Shown: positions 48,452 to 58,790, counted from the stretch's first letter. The stretch is 64,000 nucleotides of DNA from Bacteroidota bacterium (GCA_046046935.1 JBJOIU010000003.1:1020-65019); one strand, 5' to 3'. Numbers and translations are program-made. The notes: generated by a model from the sequence alone, not told the origin.

Positions 48452-49744
48452 ATGGCACAAAACAGAAGATCTTTTTTAAGCATGGCTGCATTATCTGCAG
48501 GTGCAGTTACTTTAAGCAGTCAATTATATGGCAAAAGTGTACAAAAGACACATTCATCGTTTGATATGCCAACTATTATTGAAAGTTTACAGCCCATGAC
48601 TGATGGAATTGTGCCTATTACTGAAGCAGAGCGTAAACAAAGAATTGCAAAAGCGCAACAATTAATGGAGCAAAATAAAATGGATGCAATCTTTTTAGAG
48701 GGAACAGTGTCTTGCTATTATTTTACAGGAATGCGTTGGGGTCAGAGTGAAAGAACTTTTGGTATAGTCATTCCTGCAAAAGGAAGTATAAGTTATATCT
48801 GTCCAAAATTTGAAGAAGATAGAGCAATGGAATTAATCAATCCTGCTTTTGGAACAGAAGTACGTTGTTGGGAAGAGCACGAGAGTCCATATGTTGTTAT
48901 CGTTGGGGTAATAAAAGATAAAGGTGTTAAGCATCATCGTATTGGAATGGAAGAGCGTGTTAGGTTCTTTATTGCTGACGGTGTGAAAAAATTAGCAACC
49001 GGATTTGAGATAGTAGATGCAACACCTGTTACAGCAGGATGTAGAATGTATAAAACAAAAGCGGAAATAGCTTTAATGCAAAGAGCTAGCGATGTTACCA
49101 TTGAAGCCTATAAAGCTGCGTTTGCAACTATACGACCAGGCATGTCACAAACGGAATTAAGTGGCAATATTAGTGCTGCTTTTAGAAAATTGGGTTTTAG
49201 TGGTGGTGCTTCTGTACAAGTTGGAAAATATTCGGCTTTACCACATGGAAGTATTGTGCCTCAAACTATTTTAGAAGGCGATGTTGTAATGGTAGATGGT
49301 GGAACGAGCTGTGAAGGATATGCCTCTGATATCACTAGAACCATCGTGGTGGGTAAGCCAACACAAAGACAAATTGATGTTTGGAATTTAGAGCAGGAAG
49401 CACAGAATGCTGCATTTGCTGCCATTAAAATTGGGGCACCATGTGAAGTAGTAGATGCTGCTGCAAGAGCAGTGATTGAAAATCACGGATTCAATAAAAA
49501 TTATAAATTACCTGGCTTACCTCATAGAACCGGCCATGGTATTGGTTTAGAAGGACACGAGTGGACCAATTTTGTAAAAGGGAATAAAACGCCAATGGCT
49601 GTCGGCATGTGTTTTAGTGATGAGCCAACCATTTCTATTCCTGGAGAATTTGGTATTAGACTAGAAGACTGTTTATATATTGCAGAAGATGGTCCTCATT
49701 TCTTTTCCAAACTAAGTCCTTCTATTGAACAACCTTTTGGGTAA
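48452..49744 (+). CDS. TAT-exported M24 metallopeptidase (Xaa-Pro dipeptidase-like)
   Basis: Leader NRRSFLSMAALSAGAV. Pita-bread motifs DGGTSCEGYASDITRT, HRTGHGIGLEGHE and RLED. Confidence 0.85.
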   Translation: MAQNRRSFLSMAALSAGAVTLSSQLYGKSVQKTHSSFDMPTIIESLQPMTDGIVPITEAERKQRIAKAQQLMEQNKMDAIFLEGTVSCYYFTGMRWGQSERTFGIVIPAKGSISYICPKFEEDRAMELINPAFGTEVRCWEEHESPYVVIVGVIKDKGVKHHRIGMEERVRFFIADGVKKLATGFEIVDATPVTAGCRMYKTKAEIALMQRASDVTIEAYKAAFATIRPGMSQTELSGNISAAFRKLGFSGGASVQVGKYSALPHGSIVPQTILEGDVVMVDGGTSCEGYASDITRTIVVGKPTQRQIDVWNLEQEAQNAAFAAIKIGAPCEVVDAAARAVIENHGFNKNYKLPGLPHRTGHGIGLEGHEWTNFVKGNKTPMAVGMCFSDEPTISIPGEFGIRLEDCLYIAEDGPHFFSKLSPSIEQPFG

Positions 49745-49777
49745 GTAAATTGGGGCTTCAAAACGTCAAATTTAATT

Positions 49778-51319
49778 ATGAAAAAAATAATTGCAAGCTT
49801 AATTGCATTCATTGTATTGATAGCATCAGTCAATATTTCTTTTGCTCAAACACCGCAAGAAAAAATCAATAAAGCCATTGATCAAAATCAACACCAATTA
49901 GTAAAAGAGTTTACTACTTTATTAAGTATTCCAAATGTTGCAGCTAATCCTGCTGGCCTAAAAGAAAATGCCCATTGGTTGATGCAGTATATGCAAGAAA
50001 AAGGAATTGAGCATATAAGTTTGTTGAATACAGATAATGATAATGCCCCTCCAGTAGTATATGGCGAAGTAAAAGTGCCCGGCGCAAAAGAAACCATTAT
50101 TTTTTACGCCCATTATGATGGCCAACCAGTAGATACTACAAAATGGTTTAAAGGAGTACATCCTTTCAAGCCAAGTTTATATAGCGCTTCTATAGATAAG
50201 GGTGGAACTTTATTGTCATGGCCAACAGCAGATAATAATTATGATCCTAGTTCAAGAATATATGCAAGAGGAGCATCAGACGACAAAGCAGGGGTAATGG
50301 CCATTATTAATGCCTATGCTACATTAAAACAATTAGGCATAAATCCATCTACCAATATTAAATTTTTCTTCGAAGGAGAAGAAGAAGCAGGCTCGCCTAA
50401 TCTGGAAGCCATATTAAATAAACATAAAAATTTATTAGGTGCTAATCTTTGGATTATCTGCGACGGACCTGTGCATCAATCTTCTAAAAAACAATTAGTA
50501 ATGGGCGTTCGCGGAGATACACATTTAGAATTAACCGTATTTGGTCCAAAACGTCCCTTGCATTCAGGGCATTATGGCAATTGGGTATTGAACCCTGCAA
50601 TGGAAATGGCAAGATTATTAGCTAGCATGAAAAACGGCCAAGGAGAAATTACTATTAAAGGTTTTTATGAAGATGTTACGCCTTTGATTCCTGCTGAGAA
50701 AGAGGCTTTATCAAAAATTCCTGCTGTAGAAGAACAACTTAAAAACGAATTAGGTATTCAAGCAACTGAAAGAACTGGTGCATTAAACGATGCATTACAA
50801 TTGCCTTCATTGAATGTAAATGGTATACAAAGTGCAGGTGTAGGAAAGTATTCTGCAAATGTGATTCCTACAAAAGCAATTGCTTCTATTGACTTAAGAT
50901 TAGTTAAAGGAAATGATTGGAAACGTCAACAAAACAAAGTTATAGATCATATTAAAGCCCAGGGTTTTTATGTAACAGATAAAGAACCTACTGACGAAGA
51001 AAGAAAACAATATGAAAAAATTTGTATGGTAGTTGCTTCTGACGGGTATAATGCACAGAAAACATCTATGGATAATGTATATGTTAAAAGTATTGCTAAT
51101 GCTATACAAAAAGCAACTAATGAATCACCTGTACTATTACCAACTCTAGGAGGTAGTCTTCCATTATATGTTTTTGAAAAAACTTTAAATGCATCACCTA
51201 TCACTGTGCCTATTGCCAATCACGATAATAATCAGCACGCAGAGAACGAGAATATTAAATTGAAAAACTTTTTTGATGGCGTGAAAATGTTTGCATCTAT
51301 TATGACAATGTCGAAATAA
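49778..51319 (+). CDS. Secreted M20 family dipeptidase
   Basis: YAHYDGQP, GASDDKAG and FEGEEEAGS motifs. Confidence 0.8.
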   Translation: MKKIIASLIAFIVLIASVNISFAQTPQEKINKAIDQNQHQLVKEFTTLLSIPNVAANPAGLKENAHWLMQYMQEKGIEHISLLNTDNDNAPPVVYGEVKVPGAKETIIFYAHYDGQPVDTTKWFKGVHPFKPSLYSASIDKGGTLLSWPTADNNYDPSSRIYARGASDDKAGVMAIINAYATLKQLGINPSTNIKFFFEGEEEAGSPNLEAILNKHKNLLGANLWIICDGPVHQSSKKQLVMGVRGDTHLELTVFGPKRPLHSGHYGNWVLNPAMEMARLLASMKNGQGEITIKGFYEDVTPLIPAEKEALSKIPAVEEQLKNELGIQATERTGALNDALQLPSLNVNGIQSAGVGKYSANVIPTKAIASIDLRLVKGNDWKRQQNKVIDHIKAQGFYVTDKEPTDEERKQYEKICMVVASDGYNAQKTSMDNVYVKSIANAIQKATNESPVLLPTLGGSLPLYVFEKTLNASPITVPIANHDNNQHAENENIKLKNFFDGVKMFASIMTMSK

Positions 51320-51320
51320 T

Positions 51321-51353
51321 AAAAGGGGCTACATTTTGTAGCCCCTTTTATTT
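51321..51353. terminator. Bidirectional rho-independent terminator
   Basis: AAAAGGGGCTACA-ttt-TGTAGCCCCTTTT between convergent genes. Confidence 0.75.
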
Positions 51354-54036
51354 ATTTGTACAGTTGGTTAAATAACATTTTATATGCACTATGTGTTTGT
51401 GCTCTGAAAGTAATTTCAGGACCAAATACATATAATTTACCATTACCCATATTCGCTTTAAATGCTGCAACACCATCTTGCAAATATGCTTGACCAAAAG
51501 CCCATCCACTTCTTAATGTAGAAGCAGAGGCATACCATCCCAATGGAGTGATTTGACCACTAGCAATTGCATCTGCTTGTAATTTAAATACAGGGCTCAT
51601 GTTAAAATACACATCTGTCTTTTCTTTCATACCCCAATTGGCTTCATTGTTTGTTGCTACTGTCATTTGCATGATGCTTCCAGGAATATAAAATTTCTCT
51701 CCTGGCAATACTTTTTCTTTGCCAGCAACCATTTCGGTCAATGCATTTTTAACGGGTAATTTTAGTTGATATGCAAGGTTAGCACTAGATCCAATAGTTA
51801 TTACTGATCCACCTTTTTCAATAAAGCTTTTGATAGCTGGAATTGACTTTTCTGCAGTAATCTTGCCTACCATATGATGGAATTCGGTAGGTATATCTGT
51901 TAAACTAGGTTCTTTTTCTTCATACGGATTTGGTGCTTCTGCTGTTACAGAAGGTATAGCACCTTCTACAAAAACGATTGCGTCGTATTTGTTATTTAAA
52001 TTACCCTCGTTAATTTCTTTTGCATAGATCAATTGAAAATCGAAATGGTGTTTTTCTAAAATCCATCTTAACCAACCCGAAGACATAGATCCACCATATC
52101 TGTCCCACAATCCTACTCTTAAAGAAGTTATTTTCTTTGCATTTGTCGAAACAGCATTAATTTCTTCCACTTTAACTCCTTCTTCTTTAATTGCTTTTTG
52201 GATAATTGCAGTGCTTTTTTCATTCACAGGAATAAAAAAGGAGAATTGATCTTTCATTACACTCGCCCCAGCTTTTAATAAATCATTTACTACAATAAAT
52301 GCATCATTTTCTTTTACATTGATTGTATAAGCTCTTTTATCTGCAACAGTATTTAATTTTCCTACTGGCTTTTGAATATCACCATATGCAATAGCTTCAA
52401 ATGGTCCACTGAAATCATCTAATATTCTATCAAACTCAATACCCATCGTATATGCAGGAGTCCAACCTGCCGCGTCGTATGGTCTTACTGGAGGTCCGCC
52501 TGGATACAAGAAATCGTTAGGGTGATCTTGTGGTTCAAACATATCTAATACATGCGGCCTAAATGCCTGATTAGTTTTAACAATATAAGAACCTGCTGGG
52601 TAATTTTTCCCTGCAACTGCAAAGGCAGCTGTTGCTTTATGTACTTTAATGCCACTATTGATTAAGATATTGATAAAGTCCACCGCGGTATTGGTTTGAT
52701 CTGCAGTAACGATATAACCTCTTGGATCTCTTAAATTATTGTTCTTATACACTTGATCATAAGGACTGATAATTGAAGAATCTTTTCCGTATATTTTTTT
52801 ATCAGATTTCATTAATTCAACTAATGCATCAGATTTTTTTGGATTCAGGGTCCAAGTATCTTTATTACCTGCTTTAATTGAATTACTACCCATAGTATAA
52901 ATATTCATCAAAACTTCTTCTTTATATCTTGATGCATAATTTAATACTGCGTAGTTTAAAGAGATAGAATAATCGATAGAATTTTTGAAATACCATTTTT
53001 GAGGTAAAATAGGAAAAGGTGTTCCACTATTAGGGATTAATCTACTCGGTACTAGTGGAATATTCATCGGAGTTGGGTTGCCAATTATTTCTGTTAATAA
53101 ACCAATGATATTATGATAATATGCGGTGGTTCTTAATCCTCCATTCCACCATGTTGAGTATACCGATCCACTCTTCATGGTATAGCCTGGCTTATTCTCT
53201 GCATTCAATCTACTACTCATTACAGCTCCCATGGCATCAATACCTGTCATTAACAAAGGATCATATACATAATTGAAAGGGTCTCTATAGGGAGGGCCGG
53301 CAACAACAGTTCCTGGAGGGCCCGTCTGATGATGATTATATAAAATCTGTGGCATCCATTCGATATATTGTTGACGACTCATGTTTCTTGTTTCTGACAT
53401 ATTCATCATGAAGAAGTCTCTATTATTATCGTGTCCAATATATTTTTGATATAATCTTGGCAATTGGTTAGTGCTTCTTTTTAAAGTATCAGCATTGCGC
53501 ATATACCAATTAGAAACCAATTCTTGTCCATCAGGATTAGCATGTACAAAAAGAATGATTGTAGATTTTAAAATTCTATTCGTCTCCTCGTCATTTCTTG
53601 TAATCAATTGATACATTGTTTCAATCCATTGATGAATACCTACAACTTCTGTTGCATGCAATCCGCCATCAATCCAAACTACCGCTTTACCTTCTTTTGC
53701 TAATTGAGCAGCTTCTTCTTTATTGATACCTTCGGCTCTCGCTAATTTTTGAGAAATAGCTTTGTATTGTGCTAATTTTTTTAAATTACTTGGATCAGAG
53801 ACAATCATCATATAATGATTTCTACCTTCTTCTGTTTTTCCAATAGTTTGTAATTTAACCTTATTAGACGTTGCGGCTATTTTTTTCAAATATGCCTCTG
53901 TTTGAGTAAAAGTGGCTAAATGATAATTATCTCCAATAGAAAATCCAAAATGTTCTTTAGGACTAGTAATGCCCTGAGCACTAAGATTTAATTGGCTGCA
54001 AATAATGATCGCCAAACTTAATAGCAGTCTTCTCAT
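51352..54036 (-). CDS. Secreted M14 family zinc carboxypeptidase with large C-terminal extension
   Basis: HxxE zinc motif (GGLHATEV), HANPDG, and about 500 aa of extra C-terminal sequence. Confidence 0.8.
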   Translation of the reverse strand: MRRLLLSLAIIICSQLNLSAQGITSPKEHFGFSIGDNYHLATFTQTEAYLKKIAATSNKVKLQTIGKTEEGRNHYMMIVSDPSNLKKLAQYKAISQKLARAEGINKEEAAQLAKEGKAVVWIDGGLHATEVVGIHQWIETMYQLITRNDEETNRILKSTIILFVHANPDGQELVSNWYMRNADTLKRSTNQLPRLYQKYIGHDNNRDFFMMNMSETRNMSRQQYIEWMPQILYNHHQTGPPGTVVAGPPYRDPFNYVYDPLLMTGIDAMGAVMSSRLNAENKPGYTMKSGSVYSTWWNGGLRTTAYYHNIIGLLTEIIGNPTPMNIPLVPSRLIPNSGTPFPILPQKWYFKNSIDYSISLNYAVLNYASRYKEEVLMNIYTMGSNSIKAGNKDTWTLNPKKSDALVELMKSDKKIYGKDSSIISPYDQVYKNNNLRDPRGYIVTADQTNTAVDFINILINSGIKVHKATAAFAVAGKNYPAGSYIVKTNQAFRPHVLDMFEPQDHPNDFLYPGGPPVRPYDAAGWTPAYTMGIEFDRILDDFSGPFEAIAYGDIQKPVGKLNTVADKRAYTINVKENDAFIVVNDLLKAGASVMKDQFSFFIPVNEKSTAIIQKAIKEEGVKVEEINAVSTNAKKITSLRVGLWDRYGGSMSSGWLRWILEKHHFDFQLIYAKEINEGNLNNKYDAIVFVEGAIPSVTAEAPNPYEEKEPSLTDIPTEFHHMVGKITAEKSIPAIKSFIEKGGSVITIGSSANLAYQLKLPVKNALTEMVAGKEKVLPGEKFYIPGSIMQMTVATNNEANWGMKEKTDVYFNMSPVFKLQADAIASGQITPLGWYASASTLRSGWAFGQAYLQDGVAAFKANMGNGKLYVFGPEITFRAQTHSAYKMLFNQLYK

Positions 54037-54106
54037 GTTGATTGTTTTAATATACTTAAAGATAAATCTTAAGCACTATTCAAAGAACAAAATAGGACAA
54101 CTGGTA

Positions 54107-55264
54107 TCAATTGATTTTCTCGATAAGCAAATAAGCTGCTGGCGTAGATGGCCTAGAGGGACTTGTCAAGGGTTGGCTGCTGGTTAAGTATGTATTGGTA
54201 TTTTTTACACTATAGTAAAGCTCTATATAATCTCGCTCGCCTAGGTCTATATAATAATTCCCGCTAATACTATTTTTAATTGCTCCGCCAATGATTGTGT
54301 GAGATTGATGGGTATTGGGATAAGCTGCGCTATTTTTTCTTATCCAAATACTTATTTCGTCATTACCAGGATCGGATTTGACAAATTGTATTTTGAAAAA
54401 GACTTTATACACCCCGGCAGATACAATAGTAACTCTTGATGGTAATCCAGTGGTATTAGAACTAATTGTAGCGGTATTGCTATTTGCAGCAAAAGTCCAA
54501 TTTACATAGGTAGCAGTATTAGCGATGGTAGTTTGTTTGGTTGTATCATAAAACATGCCCCATTCTTTTGGACTTGGAATGGCTTGAGCCAACTGTTGAA
54601 TTCTATTACTTAAATATATAGTATCTAATTTGTTCAACTTTAGATTAATTCTATTGCTTAATGAAAGGGTGTCTTTACTATTTAGTTTCTCATTCATCAA
54701 ATTCAGATTAGTTTTAGTAAGAGGCTTTAAACTATCTGGTGTATTATTTATTTTATCAATATTTAATAAAGTCTTTAATTCTTTTATAGAACTAACCCCC
54801 GTGCCGCCCTGCGCTACAGATAGTATACCATTGATATTGACAGCGTTTACTGAATAGGCATGTAGTGCATAGGGGCTTGCATTAATAGGATGAAAGCCAA
54901 GAGAGAAAAATGCTAAATCATTTTCAGGGTCTATTTCCACTTTAATAAAAGAAATATTTTTATCCCATTTTATTTTATCCCAGCTTATCTTGGTAATTAT
55001 TTTTCCTTCCTCTTCTTTTCCGATATTTATAAAAAACAAACCCAGTACATTTGTTTTCACCGATTTTATCTCTTCATATACTAGCGCATCTTCTATGCTA
55101 TCAGTGTACAATCCAATTTTTATATTCATTTGCTTGTTTGCAATAATTAAACCATTATTATTTCTTGCAATTGCCTGGAATTGAATACCTGGATTGATTT
55201 GCGCAAAAACTATATGGCTATTAAATAATTTAATTAGAAGAAGTAGTATAAAATATTTTTTCAT
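54107..55264 (-). CDS. Secreted hypothetical protein with tail-fibre-like linker and C1q/TNF-like C-terminal jelly roll
   Basis: Signal peptide. AQGGTGVSS motif followed by short repeats (LSLSNRINLKLNKLDTIYLSNRI). The C-terminal pattern GVYKVFF...ISIWIRKN...YIDLGERDYIELYY resembles C1q-like domains. Confidence 0.45.
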   Translation of the reverse strand: MKKYFILLLLIKLFNSHIVFAQINPGIQFQAIARNNNGLIIANKQMNIKIGLYTDSIEDALVYEEIKSVKTNVLGLFFINIGKEEEGKIITKISWDKIKWDKNISFIKVEIDPENDLAFFSLGFHPINASPYALHAYSVNAVNINGILSVAQGGTGVSSIKELKTLLNIDKINNTPDSLKPLTKTNLNLMNEKLNSKDTLSLSNRINLKLNKLDTIYLSNRIQQLAQAIPSPKEWGMFYDTTKQTTIANTATYVNWTFAANSNTATISSNTTGLPSRVTIVSAGVYKVFFKIQFVKSDPGNDEISIWIRKNSAAYPNTHQSHTIIGGAIKNSISGNYYIDLGERDYIELYYSVKNTNTYLTSSQPLTSPSRPSTPAAYLLIEKIN

Positions 55265-55755
55265 GTTTTATAAATTTGGAATGTTCTTGAAACTGGATAA
55301 ATTCCGTCCACTAAAAAATAGACTTTTAAAAAGTATAAGCCCTTCAGATAAGTATTAAATGGAATAGTGTAATGAATGGCAATGCCAGAAAGCAAAGGTT
55401 TTGCTCTGTATAATAAAATACCTTTTATGTCATAAATTTCCAAAGCCTCCCATATAACTCCTGACTGGTTCATTTTAATTTGTAAAAAATCTTCTACAGG
55501 ATTGGGCCCCAATTTAAGAGGCAACAAAAAACTATCTAATGTTTTGAACAAACATCGATCACAATTTTTGCTTTGAATAAAGCCCGCACTTAAATCAATT
55601 GGGTATCCTTTGTTGATGGTTTGTATAACCATGGACTGACCTATGCTCCAATCCGCAATTAAACTAACTGCTTCAGTATGAATAGTTTTCGATCCTCCCT
55701 GTGTTGCTAAGCAGAATGGGTCAATCAATAAGCAATAAAGCCAGATGTTTTTCAT
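55261..55755 (-). CDS. Small secreted protein with T9SS type-A C-terminal sorting domain
   Basis: C-terminal about 80 aa has GPNPVEDFLQI...LEIYDIKG...GLYFLKV, typical of Por secretion tails. 4-bp overlap (ATGA) with the downstream gene. Confidence 0.55.
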   Translation of the reverse strand: MKNIWLYCLLIDPFCLATQGGSKTIHTEAVSLIADWSIGQSMVIQTINKGYPIDLSAGFIQSKNCDRCLFKTLDSFLLPLKLGPNPVEDFLQIKMNQSGVIWEALEIYDIKGILLYRAKPLLSGIAIHYTIPFNTYLKGLYFLKVYFLVDGIYPVSRTFQIYKT

Positions 55756-55839
55756 CTTGCTAACTTCTTCATTTTAGACTTTCGACAACTAAGTATTATT
55801 ACGCTATTTTTTGTAACTTAAACTTCTAATACATATACT

Positions 55840-57444
55840 ATGAGATATCTACTATCTTTTGTTTTATTGTTTTTTGTTGCTAATAGTTTTGCACAAAAAA
55901 AATATTCAGAAAAAGAATTAGCTGCCATGAAGCAGCAATTAATGACTGCTGTTGCTTCGCACGCTAAAGATGTACAAGTAATGGTGGATCAAATTTTTAG
56001 TTATTCAGAATTGGGTTTCCAAGAAAAAGAAACTTTTACCTATTTAACTAATACCCTTTCTAAAAATGGTTTTACAGTAGAGAAAGGCATTTCGAATGTG
56101 CCAACTGCTTGGATGGCCAAATGGGGTAGCGGTTCTCCTGTGATTGCTTTAGGTAGTGATATTGATTGTATCCCTAAAGCTTCTCAAAAACCAGGAGTTG
56201 CTTATAGAGACCCGATTGTAGAGGGTGCGCCAGGACATGGCGAAGGGCATAATTCTGGACAAGCTGTAATTATTTATGCAGCTATTGCTATGAAAGAAAT
56301 GATGGAGAAGGAACATTTGCCTGGAACTATTGTGATATGGCCTGGAGTAGCAGAAGAATTGGTAGGAACCAAGGCTTGGTATATCAGAGATGGTTATTTT
56401 AAAAATGTAGATGCATGTATTTTCACTCATGTCAGTGGAGATTTTAGTTGCGACTACGGAGATAATGGTGGTAATGGATTAGTAAGTGTGCGCTTTGATT
56501 TTACTGGTGATGCTGCGCATGCAGCTGGACAACCATGGAGAGCAAAGAGTGCATTAGATGCTGTTGAATTAATGGATGTGGGTTGGAATTTCAAGAGAGA
56601 ACATTTAAAACCAACGAATAGATCACATTATGTGGTTGTGGATGGTGGCGACCAGCCGAATGTGGTGCCAAGTAAAGCAAGTGTATGGTATTATTTCAGA
56701 GAGCGTACTTATGAAGATATCAAAGCTAATTATGAAGCAGGAATAAAAATTTCTGAAGGTGCTGCAATGATGACGGGCACAACAGTTAAACACCAAATTT
56801 TAGGAACTGCATGGCCTGGACATTTTAATAAACCATTAGCTGAAGCGATGTATGCTAATATTAAAAAAGTGGGTATGCCTATTTGGGATGATAAGGATAT
56901 TGCATTAGCTAAAGGGGTTCAAACATTAGTAGAAGCCCCAAAGAAAGATAATAGCGGAAGACCTATTGATGGATTAAGAAAAGTAGTTGATACTATTAAA
57001 GGTTCTGTTCCTTTTTCTTGGGGTGGAGGATCAGATGATATTGCTGATATCTCTTGGAACCTACCTACTATTGTATTGAGATATCCTGCCAATATTCCTG
57101 GCACAAAAGGACATCATTGGGCAGATGCTATTGCAATGGCTACGCCTATTGCACACAAAGGTTCTTTAGCTGGAGCGGAAGCAACTGCAATGACTTTATT
57201 AGATTTATTTACTAAACCTGCATTATTAGCTGAGGCAAAATCTTATTTTACCAATGTACAGACTAAAGATGTAAAATACATCCCATTCATAACAGAGAAA
57301 GATCCTCCAGCAATTCACTTAAACAAGGAGATTCAAAATACTTATCGTCCTTTATTAGAGAAGTATTATTATGATCCAACTAAGTATGGTACTTATTTAG
57401 AGCAATTAGGAATTACTTATCCAACATTGCCTACAAAGAATTAA
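55840..57444 (+). CDS. Secreted M20 family amidohydrolase (AbgB-like)
   Basis: Signal peptide, GHGEGHNSGQA metal-binding region and AEE motif (VAEELVG). Confidence 0.8.
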   Translation: MRYLLSFVLLFFVANSFAQKKYSEKELAAMKQQLMTAVASHAKDVQVMVDQIFSYSELGFQEKETFTYLTNTLSKNGFTVEKGISNVPTAWMAKWGSGSPVIALGSDIDCIPKASQKPGVAYRDPIVEGAPGHGEGHNSGQAVIIYAAIAMKEMMEKEHLPGTIVIWPGVAEELVGTKAWYIRDGYFKNVDACIFTHVSGDFSCDYGDNGGNGLVSVRFDFTGDAAHAAGQPWRAKSALDAVELMDVGWNFKREHLKPTNRSHYVVVDGGDQPNVVPSKASVWYYFRERTYEDIKANYEAGIKISEGAAMMTGTTVKHQILGTAWPGHFNKPLAEAMYANIKKVGMPIWDDKDIALAKGVQTLVEAPKKDNSGRPIDGLRKVVDTIKGSVPFSWGGGSDDIADISWNLPTIVLRYPANIPGTKGHHWADAIAMATPIAHKGSLAGAEATAMTLLDLFTKPALLAEAKSYFTNVQTKDVKYIPFITEKDPPAIHLNKEIQNTYRPLLEKYYYDPTKYGTYLEQLGITYPTLPTKN

Positions 57445-57450
57445 GTTATA

Positions 57451-57484
57451 AAAAACCCCTTATAAAAAATTAAGGGGTTTTTTC
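57451..57484. terminator. Bidirectional rho-independent terminator
   Basis: AAAAACCCCTTA-taaaaaat-TAAGGGGTTTTT between convergent genes. Confidence 0.75.
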
Positions 57485-57485
57485 T

Positions 57486-58781
57486 TTACTTTTTTTTAGC
57501 GGCGATTTTTTCAAGTGCAAAGACTAATTTATCCAAATCTTGAATGCGCGTATAGACATGTGGTGTAATACGAACACAACTGATATTTTCCCAAACAATG
57601 CCCACTGTGTGAATCTTGTATTGATTAAACAAAGCACTATCTAGTTCTCCTGGTGTCATACCGTCAATACTTACACCGCAAATGGCACAACTATATTCGT
57701 CTTTTAAGGATGTATTAATTTTTACTTTAGGAATCTGTTGTGCTCTAGTCGCCCAATAATTTTTTAAATAACGAATACGCTCTTCTTTTCTTTTTGATCC
57801 AATAGCATTATGAAAATTTAAAGCTTCTCCAATACCTTGTTCGATAGGGAAACTTCTGGTACCAATGGTTTCAAATTTTCTGATATCTCCACTATTTGGT
57901 TGATCATTGCATATCAAAGGCCAAATTTTTTCGATTTTCTCTTTTCTAATCCATAACATACCTGATCCAATAGGGGCAGATAAAAATTTATGCAAAGAAG
58001 TGCCAAAATAATCACAGCCTAATTCGGGTACACTAAAATCCATTAATCCAAAACTATGCGCACCATCTACAATGGTTTCAATACCGTGTTTTTTTGCCAA
58101 AGCACATAATTTTTTTACAGGCATAATCTGTCCAACCCAGTTGACCATATGTGTAATATGGAAAATTTTTGTTTTAGGTGTTATGGCTTTTTCAAAAGCG
58201 TTTACAATTTCTTCATCATTCTCTATAGGATATTTGAAATTTAATTGCGTGTACACTATACCTTCTCTGCTTGCTCTTTGTTTCCAAGCATTAATCATAT
58301 TAGGATAGTCTTGCTTTGTGCCAATGACTTCATCTCCTGCTTTTAAATTCAAACCAAATATCACCGTATTTAATGCTTCTGTCGAATTTCTATTAATGGC
58401 AATTTCATCGGGATCGGCGCCAGCCAATTGTGCTAATTTATATCTTAGTGGTTCGCGCCCTTGATCCAATATGCGCCACATATAATAAGAAGGTCCTTCA
58501 TTGGTCATCTTATTAAAACGCTCCACTGCTTCTTGTACAATTCTGGGACTTGGACTTACACCTCCATTGTTAAAATTTATGATGGCTGGACTTACCGTGT
58601 AGCCTTGTTGAATCACACTCCAATAATCTTCATCACTTGCAATTGCAGATGGGCTTAGGTTTTTCTTTACTAAATTAATATGTTCAAATTCTGCAGCATG
58701 TGCTTGATTGAATAAACTATTAGCAGAAAAAGCGCCTGCCATTAGTCCTACTTGCTGTAAAAAATTTCTACGATTCGCCAT
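57486..58781 (-). CDS. TAT-exported class V PLP-dependent enzyme (cysteine desulfurase / isopenicillin-N epimerase-like fold)
   Basis: Leader NRRNFLQQVGLMAGAF. Class V layout with DGAHS and the PLP-lysine context SLHKFLSAP. Confidence 0.8.
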   Translation of the reverse strand: MANRRNFLQQVGLMAGAFSANSLFNQAHAAEFEHINLVKKNLSPSAIASDEDYWSVIQQGYTVSPAIINFNNGGVSPSPRIVQEAVERFNKMTNEGPSYYMWRILDQGREPLRYKLAQLAGADPDEIAINRNSTEALNTVIFGLNLKAGDEVIGTKQDYPNMINAWKQRASREGIVYTQLNFKYPIENDEEIVNAFEKAITPKTKIFHITHMVNWVGQIMPVKKLCALAKKHGIETIVDGAHSFGLMDFSVPELGCDYFGTSLHKFLSAPIGSGMLWIRKEKIEKIWPLICNDQPNSGDIRKFETIGTRSFPIEQGIGEALNFHNAIGSKRKEERIRYLKNYWATRAQQIPKVKINTSLKDEYSCAICGVSIDGMTPGELDSALFNQYKIHTVGIVWENISCVRITPHVYTRIQDLDKLVFALEKIAAKKK

Positions 58782-58790
58782 AATGATAAT

